Shown here: piece by piece, positions 53,753 through 64,000 of the stretch
Numbering within the stretch: the stretch's first letter is position 1
Layout: every line of letters begins with the position of its first letter
Assembly (NCBI RefSeq): GCF_009914755.1
Contig: NC_060926.1
Reading direction: 5' to 3' (one strand)
DNA: 64,000 nt
Origin: the human T2T-CHM13v2.0 reference genome, Homo sapiens
Made by a program: the position numbers and the translations under genes
The notes under the pieces: model-generated
Databases searched by the model: none
What the model saw: the letters and a program-made list of their open reading frames with translations, nothing else
What the model was told of the DNA's origin: nothing

Positions 53753-55249
53753 AAGGTAATGAACTTCCTCCACATGGAAGGAAACATCTAGACTGGGGAA
53801 GAATCATCTCCCCAAACATATAATTAAAACAGTGACTACGTTCTCTGGGTCTCAGCTCACACTTGAACTAGATCTATAATGTTCTATATAGGCTTATCAA
53901 TGTAGATCTATATTCTGTTCAAAGATAGGAAGAATGATTTTCGAGGGAAATCTGAAAGAAAAACGCTTTGCTCTTCTATGCCACATGCACAAAGATGAAC
54001 ACAAGAAACTTGATTGCAAGGAAGTGATGAAGGGGCTCAAAAACATTTTATAATGTCTTCACATGACTAAACAACTACTGAACAAAGAAAACATTACAAT
54101 GAATACTTTAAATCAATAAAACATTAACCAAGACGGTTATTTTAAGTTATATTAAAATAAATTGAATAGCAATGGGTCTCATTCAGCATGGCCAAATTGG
54201 AAAAACAAATTAATTATTGGTTTAAGGTGCAATAGATGCTAATTATTGTTCTGAATGGATTTTAAAATATTTTCTAATTATTTTTAAAAATTATAGTGCA
54301 CACATTTGCATTTGTAAGCCAAAATAATTTTCAAGTCAAATTTTGGAGTGTCTCCCTTGTCTTCCTTCATCAATTTCAGGCAATCACAGAAATTAATTCA
54401 AAACTCTTCACTTGTAGTTCAAGGTTACCAACTCAAAAAGTAATATTAATATTGCTTTTATGCTCAGAAACGTGTAAGAAAATAAAGTTGCTTCATGTTA
54501 TGAAATAGATACACATCACTTCATCTTTTAAAATAGGTTCAAATTAGCAATAATTATAAAGTGTTAAAATTAGCGTTTTTCTATACATGGATGGTTAAAG
54601 GGAAATTTTTTAAGGAAGTATATTTAGAAAAGATTGTTTTATCTACTAGAAGAGTGGGGCATAAGTTCAAGACTGGAAGAACTGTCGTTCCAAAAAGTGT
54701 AGTGATGACAAAGTAAGGAAACAGTACAGGCTGTTGTCACATACCTCTTACTACCTTTGGCAATTCAAGCAATACTTCTCTGCTGCATATATTTCTGTAG
54801 TTTATGACCCTTGAATCAAATGAAACCTACCATGCTTTCCTGGTGTTGGTTAACTGGCCTAGAAGTTAGTGAAGAGCTACCAGAAAAAGCATGAGGGAAG
54901 TCAAAACATCAAAAATGATGTGGCAGTAACCATCCATGTCGGATAGTAGCAACCAAACCCATGTCAATGATAAATCCTGTCTTCTTGGAGGCAAAGATGT
55001 TGGGAAAAAAGAGAAGGTGGGTTTCATGAGTCAGTTAACAGTCTGAGTACAGCTGAATTACATTTTTCTATGAGGTCTCTGAGTTTGGGGCAACCGCGTG
55101 GCTGTTGAGGTGACTGCTTCCAATACAGCTTCTCATTTTCCTTTATTCTGATAATTAAGTTATCATGGAAGGTAACTTAGGGTTCTTGTATCTTTATGTT
55201 CTAAAATAGGCTGACATATTCATATTGCTGAGTGCTGTTGCAGTATTTT

Positions 55250-55640
55250 TCTTATGTGATCTTTCAGCAGCATTTGGCAGAGTTGACCATCCCCTTCTTG
55301 AGAAACTTCCTTTTCTTGGCAAGCCCCTTTGCAAACTACAGTAGTTTTCTCTCTACATGTGCTCTTCTTAAAGAAACTCATCTACTCCCATTGCTGAAAC
55401 TACCATGTTTTTGCAGATGACAACCAAATAAGTACTTCCCATTTTTTCTGAACCCTGGACCACAACTCAAATAGCTTATTTGTTCCACAGACTTCACCAG
55501 CTCAACATGAACTGGTCTGAAATGATCACTTTTCCCCACAGTCTATTCTTTCTCCTTTTTACCCCAATTCAAAGATTAATTCTGGAATTCCTTCTCCATG
55601 TTCCTTCTCTTTCCTCTGTGTCGTATTAGAAAATCATGGG
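55250..55640 (+). mobile_element. L2 ORF2 (RT) fragment
   Basis: gatctttcagcagcattt..agttgaccat (DLSAAF..VDH) and gcagatgac (ADD) remnants. Confidence 0.7.
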
Positions 55641-55749
55641 CAATATTTTCCCAAGTTTCGTTAGGCCCCAGTTATAATAATTATCTGCAATTTTGAATGA
55701 CTCATTTTAAAAGTAAGGATCTGCATAATTCAACTATTAAAGTATTCAT

Positions 55750-56935
55750 ATTTTTAATAAAAATTGAAATAATTATTTCTATCATGTAAAAATATATAAA
55801 GAATATGGCCATGTACCAGCTTAAGACATAGTTTAACTGAAGTGCCGCATGGTTTCTCCCTTCATTGCATTCCCTGCTCTCGAATCCCACACCAAATGTA
55901 ATCAATAACCTGGATTAGGCATTTATTATTCAGATTAATTTCCATTAACTTTTATGAATGTATGTCTGTATCGCTAATAAAATATCTGGTATTATTTTGG
56001 ACAGTTGATATAAATGGCTGCATACTAAATGTGTTATTTTGTAACTTGATTTTTTAATGCTCAGCTTTTCCTTTGTGCAATGTATTTGTATGTGTGTGTA
56101 TACACATTTCTTTGTGTAACATGCAGTTAACCCTTAAACAATGTGAGGATTAGGAGTACCAACTCCCCTGGGCAGGTGAAAATTTGCATATAATATTTAA
56201 CTCCCCCAAAACTTAATTACTAATAGTGTACTGTTGATCAGAAGCCTTATTGATAATATAGGTGGCCAATTAGCACATACTTTGTATGTTATATGTATTA
56301 TATACTGTATTTTTACAATAATGTAAGTGATAGAAAAGAAAATGTTATTAAGACAATCATAAGGAAAAGAAAATATATTTACTACTTATTAAGTGGAAAT
56401 GGATCATCATAAAGGTCTTCATTCTCATTGTCTTCATGTTGAGTAGTCTGAGGAGGAGGAGGAAGAGGGATTGGTCTTGCTGTCTCAGAGGTGGCAGAGC
56501 AGAAGAAAATCTGCGTATAAATGGACTTGAAAGTTTACATCTGAGTTGTTCATGGGTGAACTGTACATGTTTATGTAAGTTAGCGTAGATAATATTAGCT
56601 ATAGTTGCTTTATTTTCATTAACTGGTAATAGTTCATTAAATGAAAATAGTTCTGTTTCCTTGTTCATCTTTGGATGTAAACATATATAATTTCTGACTT
56701 TGGGTTATTAAAATCAATGCTGACCTAAACAATCAGGTACACATCTTTTTGTGCATATGTTTACTACTCTTTCTAGGGTATATGTGCCTATAAGGAAAGG
56801 GCAAGATTTTAGAATAACAGATATTTGAATGTATTAGTTATTACAGTTTCTCTTCAACTTATACTCTTATCAGCAAAGTTAAACAGTTTCCTTTGCTGCA
56901 TATTGTGGCCAAACATGACATTTATAACTATAAAT
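55750..56935 (-). mobile_element. Old L1ME 3' region split by Tigger2a
   Basis: tataaatggctgcatact...ttttgtaacttg; ttctagggtatatgtgccta. Confidence 0.55.
56124..56563 (-). mobile_element. Tigger2a (MER28) TcMar-Tigger element
   Basis: TIRs cagttaacccttaaacaa / ttgttcatgggtgaactg; gaggaggaggaagagggattggtcttgctgtctcag. Confidence 0.9.
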
Positions 56936-58876
56936 TTTCCTCTATACATTATTTTCTCTGCATAAATTTTAGTGTATTGTTTTTATATTTTTGTTTATAA
57001 CAAGGTATTTTCTAATTTCCCTGTGTTTTCTTCCTTGACTCATTGGTTATTTAGGAGTGTGTTGTTTAATTTCTACACAACTGTGAATTTCCTAAATTTC
57101 CTTCTGTTACTGATTTTCCTAATTTCCCTTAGTGGTTAAAAAATATGACTTGTAAAATTTCAATCTTTTAAAATTTATTGGGAAAGGTTTTGTGGCCAAA
57201 CATATGGTCTATCATGGAAAATGTTCCATGTGCACTAGAGAAAAATTTGTATTATGTTGTTTTGGGGAGGATATTTGTATAGATGTCTTTTCAGTGTCAT
57301 TGGCTTAGAATGCTGTTCATGTCTTCTACTTCCTTACTGATGATGGGCAGCCTAGTTTTTCTATCAATTATTGAAAATTTACTATTGAAGTATCCAACTG
57401 TTATTGTTGAATTGTCTACTTCTCCACTTCAATTCTGTCCATTTTGGATTCTGTTATTAGGTGTGTATCTAATTATTGTGTCTTCCTGATGGATTGATTC
57501 CTTTTTATTATAAAATATCCTTCTTTGTCTCTAGTAACAATTTTTTACTTAAAGTCTATTTTTTATGATATAAGTATAGCTCCTCCAGTTCTCCTGTAGT
57601 TAATGTTTGGATATCATTTTCTATCCTTTCAATTTCAATTTGTTTTTGTCTTTAAGTTTAAAATATGTCTCTCGTAGAGAGCAGACAGCTGAATTTTTTA
57701 AAAAACTATTTTGCCAATCTCAGTCTTTTGATTGGAGTTTTTAGTCCATTTAAATTTAATGGAAATATTGCTAAGGCAGGATTTACATCTATCACGTTAT
57801 TTGTTTTTGATAAGTCATTTGTCTTTTTTTGTTTATCTATTTCTCCATTACTGCCTTCTTTTGTGTTACGTAGATATTGTCTAGCTTACAATTTGATTTT
57901 TCTTGTCACTTATTTTTTTGTTTTTTTTAAAGTTATTTTCTTTTTGATTGCCCTGGTGAATAAAATTGACATGTTAAACAATTTAGTCTGGTTAATATCA
58001 ACCTAATTTCACTAGTATACAAAAAGTGCTCCAAACACCTCCATATCTTACGTCTTTCTTTATGCAATCATTGTCATTTAGATTACATCTTTCTTTATAA
58101 ATTATCTTCCCATCAATTTTATACTCCCTGCTTTACACAAGTTTCTCTTACATGAGATAGTAGAAAAAAATGAGTTACAAACACAAAGTTACATTTATAC
58201 TGTTATTTATATTTACCTATATGTTTACTTTTATCAGTGTTCTTTGCTTCAGTATGTGGATTTCATACACATCTATTGTCCTTTTATTTCATCTTGAAGG
58301 GCCCCTTTCATAGTGACAAGTTCTCTGTTTTGTTTATCTGTGATTGTTCTAATTTTTTCTTCATTTCTGAAGCATAGTTTTGCTATACATGGAATTTGTT
58401 TGTGGTGAGCAGGTCTGTGCAAACCTAACCCCAAAAGCCGAGAGAGCTGAAAGGCTGAAGGCTGACAAATCCAGTTTCCCAGAAAAAAAGCATTTAATAG
58501 GGACTTACAAACAAAAGCCACATCTTGGGTGGCTGCAAGATGGTGAATCCTGCACCCGCCTTCCAGGAAGGAGTCTTTATAGAGCAAGCTTTTAGGGTAA
58601 AACATGTGCAGATAGTCACATCTTCAGACTTTCTTGCCAAGACTTGTGACCACTGGGGAGGTTAGAGAAGCATCTTTATGGGAGATTATTTATCATACAG
58701 TAGTTATTCAAGATCTTACTGCAGAGCATGTTGGTATGTGAGGGTCAAACACTAGTCATCATGGTGCTTTTGCTTCAAGATGGCATCAGTCTGGTCATGC
58801 AACAGGCTATGTTCCACAGAATCCTTAGCTGACAGTCTTTTTCTATTAGCATTTTGACTATATCATCTCATTGTCC
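56935..58876 (-). mobile_element. L1M (ORF2 endonuclease region through ORF1 end), split by LTR47
   Basis: atatggtctatcatggaaaatgttccatgtgcact, ttttgccaatctc, catttctgaagcatagttttgct. Confidence 0.85.
58397..58818 (-). mobile_element. LTR47-like ERVL solo LTR nested in L1
   Basis: gcaaacctaaccccaaa...gctgacaaatccagtttc...catttaatagggactta; TSD gaatt/gaatc. Confidence 0.8.
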
Positions 58877-58924
58877 CTTCCTTCACTCCATCCACCTCTC
58901 CTTCATTTTTAAATTATACGATGA

Positions 58925-59400
58925 CTATCTTGGTTATCCCCTTTCCGGAATGGCTATAGGAAAATGATTAGAGAACAACTAGTTTATATAGAAAGTTCAC
59001 TCTGGAAAGGTGTTAAAGTAAAGACCAGGAAGGGAACACAGCCAGTAACAATTACATTATCAAGTTAGTTACCATAGAAAGGAATCAGAGAGTAATCCTA
59101 CTGGGGGGAGCCATGCGAGGCAGTGCAGAAATGAAATCTCAGATTTATCCACTTGAATGGTGAGGGAGGCAGAGCATTTACATACCAAGTCATATTAGTC
59201 ATTCTTTGAGGGAGTATTATTTCTACTCTTTCTGGATTGCCATTAGCAAGAGAAAGTGGATTCCACTCCCCCCAAATATTCTTATGCAGTTGGGAGTCAC
59301 AGTGCCTTGCATCCCAATGGTTTTGCCTGAGGAGTTATGGACAAGGCTTTGACACTGTCTACCCAAGAGTGATGCCCTCTTGAAGCACAAGCAGCATGAT
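58925..59400 (-). mobile_element. Old ERVL LTR (LTR16/LTR33-like)
   Basis: caactagtttat, caggaagggaa..cagcca, gagggaggcagagcatttacatacca..gtcatt. Confidence 0.5.
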
Positions 59401-59419
59401 GACCAGTGTTTTACCCTCA

Positions 59420-60120
59420 CATACCATTGTCCCAACACCATCAATGAACAATTTATTCTCTTTCTCATTGATTTTCTACACCAATTCTGTCATAGATCAA
59501 TATCCATTATATAGGTAGGGAATGTTTCTGAGCTTTCTACTCTGCTCTATCAATCTGTTTTCTATCTCAGAACAAGTCCTATACTGTGTCCTCTGTCTCT
59601 CAATACTTGTAGTGCTTGTCTTCTCTCTATTTTTGTCTAATTTGTTTGGCAAGCATTGCATGAATTTTGTTGGTTGCTTTAAAGAATAAGCTTTGATATA
59701 TTGTTTTCTATGTTGATTTTTGTTTTCAATTTTATTTATTTCTACTGGTGAATTTATTATTTACATTCTCCTACTTTTTAAAATTTAATTTACTTCCTTT
59801 TTTCCTCTCCTTAATTTAAGGCGGACACTTTGTCCATTTATCTGTTACTTCTCTCCCAATATAAGCATCTAACACTGCACATTTCCCTCTAAGCATTGCT
59901 TTAATTGCATCCCATAATTTTTGATATGTTGTGCTCTCATCATTCAGTTGAAATTATTTTTAAATTCTCCTTTTGATTTCTTCTTTGGCCTATATAGATG
60001 ATTTTGATTTTTAATTTTCAAATTTTGGGGATTTTCTAGATTTTTTTTGTTATTGATTTGTAGTTTAATGATGCGGTTCTAGACCATACTTTGACATTTT
60101 CATTCCTGTTTTCTTTATTC
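59420..60120 (-). mobile_element. L1M ORF2 fragments
   Basis: ttgtcccaacaccat; atttccctctaagcattgcttt..ttgcatcccataatttttgatatgttgtg. Confidence 0.75.
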
Positions 60121-61002
60121 TTTTTCTAAAATTCTGCTATTTGGACATTGCGCTTTCTAAACTGATATTCTAATTGTCTGACTTCTTCTTCTTTTTTTTT
60201 TTTTGCTTTTTATGTCTCTATTCTACTTTCTGAGAGACTTCCTTTATTTCATCTTCTGCATTGTACTAAAATTTTTATTATCATGGTATCCATTCCTTTT
60301 TAATTTTATTTTTAACAATTTGATTTTGTGTCTTACAAGTGCAAATTCAGTTAATATTTATCTTGTGTTACTTATATAATTAAATTTCTATCTTCTATGC
60401 TGTATTTTATTTTCTATACATTCCACCCTTTCTTTCATCCTTCCTGATGTTTTTTTCTTAATTGATTGAAGGTTTTTAAAATTTGTATTTCTCCGCTAGT
60501 TTTGAAGTTATAACCTCTATGCTTATTCCACCAGTGGTTACTATTGAAATGGTAATACACATACCTATCTTACAAAATATATAGTTAATAAATCTCTCTG
60601 TCAACCTCCAAAATTGCAAAGACTTCAGCAGACTATTTTATCTTCGGTCACTATCTCTCCTCTACACATCATGGTACTTTTTATGCTTATGAATTCTTAG
60701 AAGAGACTTTTTCTTCTTTTAAGACATGAGTCAAAAATTGGAAAGTTCCTTAGTTGTTGATCTTTCCTGGTGGGTAGATATTTTTAGTCCCTCATTTCTG
60801 TTAGGTTTTAGCCATTCAGAGTACTGATTTGTGATAGGAGATCTCAGCTCCAGCTCCCCACATTTTACTAACCCAATAAAATTTCTCTTTTTCCCCTTGA
60901 GTAATCCAATAAATTTTCTTATTTTCCCTTTGGGATTGTTGCATCTCCTGGGTCTAGTTTAATCAGGTCAGCTGATGCTACTTCAGTAGCATTGAGTTCA
61001 GC

Positions 61003-61037
61003 AAAACAAACAAACAAACAAACAAACAAACAAAAAA
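61003..61037. repeat. (AAAC)n microsatellite
   Basis: Direct reading. Confidence 0.9.
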
Positions 61038-61427
61038 CTTAGCAATCTGATTTCTACCTTTTAAAAAAAATTTTGGTATTTTGGAATTTTTCTTATTTTT
61101 TTCCCCACAAACTCATGTATATATTAAAAAGATTCTTCTAAACTTTTATCTTTCATTCTTAGTGTTTGAACTGACAGGATGTTTTTTGGTAAGTCTTTTT
61201 TTCTATATTGCCAGAAGCAAAGTCTTGAATTAGCATTTTATTATTTTAATCTCTTTTTTGATTTCTTTTATCTTTCTTCATTATTTCATTCTAATATATT
61301 AAATGTAGTTTTCTGATGCTGTCTGCCTTGGTGATAGATCCTCTAATGGTTATGCAAAATTAATGATGAGCAGCAGAAATAATGCATAAACTGCTTTACA
61401 AGTGCTGAGATACTATATAAAACTTTT

Positions 61428-61645
61428 ATCACATTTACCAAGAGTTTCCTATGTGGCAGATATTTTGCTAGGTTCTTTGCATGCATTAACTTTACACTTC
61501 ATACAACATTCATTCATCACCAAGTGCTGCAAGAGAGTAAGATAGAGGTTAATTTTCCCAACATCACTTAACCATGTAGGGGGTCGACCTGGGGTTTGAC
61601 CTTAACTTCACCTGACTCCAAAATATGTCCTGTTCCCACTGTACC
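61428..61645 (-). mobile_element. MIR
   Basis: ctatgtggcagatattttgctagg...ctggggtttgacc...cctgactccaaa. Confidence 0.65.
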
Positions 61646-62116
61646 TCAGAGTCTACAAAAAGATCTGCAGAGTGCTTTGGAACATTTGAAGAGAATACTC
61701 AATGAACACAGAAGCAGTTTCCTAATGCTGAGACCACTGAAGAGCATTGTGTCTCAGTGCTAAGAAAAAAAAATTAATCAAAGTGGACACAGTTTTCTAG
61801 AGAGTAACAATTAGATAATAATTCCCTATATTTGCTCAGAATTATTTCATTTAACACACCTATTTAACTACCTGCTCATAATATGTAGGGGGCATTTTGG
61901 ATATTTCAGTCCTGTGTTTTAATTTATATAGTAGATATCCAGCCCACACTTGAGTAAATCATTGGAAAAAGGAGACAGAGTTTAAAATATAGGTGCCAGA
62001 AGTTACCAGTGGTAAATTTTCCACGGAGAAATGGATTCTTCTGGTCATGCGTCAGGAAGTCTGAGGTGATTCTCAGACTGTTTCTAAAGTAAATCATTCT
62101 CTGTCAAAAACATCAG

Positions 62117-62385
62117 AATGAATAAATTCTGAATATCTATTATACAGCATGTGACTATAGTTAATAATTATGTATCATATACTTGAAAATTACCAAGAGA
62201 GTAGATCTTAAACATTCTCACCACATACATACACATAAAGATAACTATGTGAATAAATTGATATGTCAATTAGCTTGATTATGGTAATCATTTCACAATG
62301 TATACATGTATCAAAACATCACATTGTACCATAAATATGTAAAATTTTCATTTTTCAATTATACCTCAATAAAGTTGAATAAATA
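62117..62385 (+). mobile_element. L1MA/L1MB 3' end
   Basis: gtgactatagttaataat...gagagtagatcttaaa...caattatacctcaataaag. Confidence 0.88.
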
Positions 62386-63466
62386 TATGTGTATATATAT
62401 ATATATTTAAAAATAATGATTAAGAAGATCAGGTTCAGTAAATACTTGATTGGAATCGTTTGATTAAATTGACAAAACTAATTCAAACTTCACTGCAACA
62501 GCTCTTCTAGAAATAGACTGCTTTCAAAGGAAGAATGGAGCTTCCTCTTTTGTTCAAGATTAACATTTAGGATACAAAATATATGTTTTGTCATGAAGAG
62601 TTCACTGTTCCACAGTAAAAGATAATTCTGGCATGTTTTTTGTCCTTTCCGTACTCCTACCTCTAATATCCCCTTGACATATGCCTTCTCTCTTGTGTTC
62701 GTATTGTTGCTATAATAAAAGGATAAATCATGGATTTTCCAAGTATTGGAAAACATACTGAGTAAATTATTAGAGAACTTTAGAGCTTAACGAAATACTT
62801 TTCTTTAAATACTGGGAATCATTGCTTAATTAGCTCTAATGGAAAGATGAAGGCCTGGTTTATGCTACTGTCAAAGATTGCATCTGCTGGGGATTTGACA
62901 GTATATTACTTGCCATTCTAACTTGCTTTTATTTAAAAACAATAACAAAAAGCCCAAACAGATTGCTTACCAACCATCTTTAACTTACAGATGAGCATCA
63001 CATTCAAATAACTGTCAGGTGGAGGATCAGGAGGAGGAAGTGCTGGGCTTGGTCTTCTCCCAGAGTTTGCTGCACATTGGCCATGGATACAAATGTGCAG
63101 AGGGTAGGAAGGCCTGTCATCTTTCTAATCTAATGGCCTTGATCACAAACCACATAATGTCCAGCTGTTACTTTTATTTATATTTGTCTTGGGTTAGAGA
63201 AATATGGAAACAACAGGCAGGGGGGAAAACAGTCTTTTGGTTATCTTAATGGAGAGAAGGGTAGATTAGGGCTCAAGAAACCTCAGTTTAAGGCCTTATA
63301 AGAACTGATGAGAAATGTGTCCTTGGAACATACATGAACCTCATTGATCTGACCTATAGCATGTGGCCAATATTACCTGTCAGATTTTTCTGAGTATTAA
63401 ATAATATGCCCAGGGTTAGAAAAAAATATATATAATATACTCAGGGGTTGGACCAGAAATGGCAAG

Positions 63467-64000
<534 letters not shown>

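Overview
Primate, almost certainly human, non-coding genomic DNA that is AT-rich, CpG-poor and dense in interspersed repeats: Alu, L1M, L2, MIR, MaLR/ERV1/ERVL LTRs and hAT/Tigger DNA transposons. No protein-coding gene is supported; the longer ORFs fall in LTRs, Alus or simple repeats. The one recognisable gene is a 72-nt near-perfect hairpin at 14004-14075 that matches, from memory, hsa-mir-3681. It sits inside an old LTR16-family LTR, which would place the window in the MIR3681HG lncRNA locus on 2p24. Other notable structures are an ancient 5'-inverted (twin-primed) L1, a MER39 LTR carrying three nested insertions, a full-length THE1 element next to head-to-head THE1 LTRs with DUX4-type motifs, an MLT1 LTR-internal-LTR remnant, a tail-less Alu with an intact TSD, and an old unexplained ~170-bp direct duplication. 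I found no evidence for a new multi-gene system. Repeat subfamily names come from remembered consensus sequences and need RepeatMasker/Dfam confirmation. Boundaries of old repeats are approximate.
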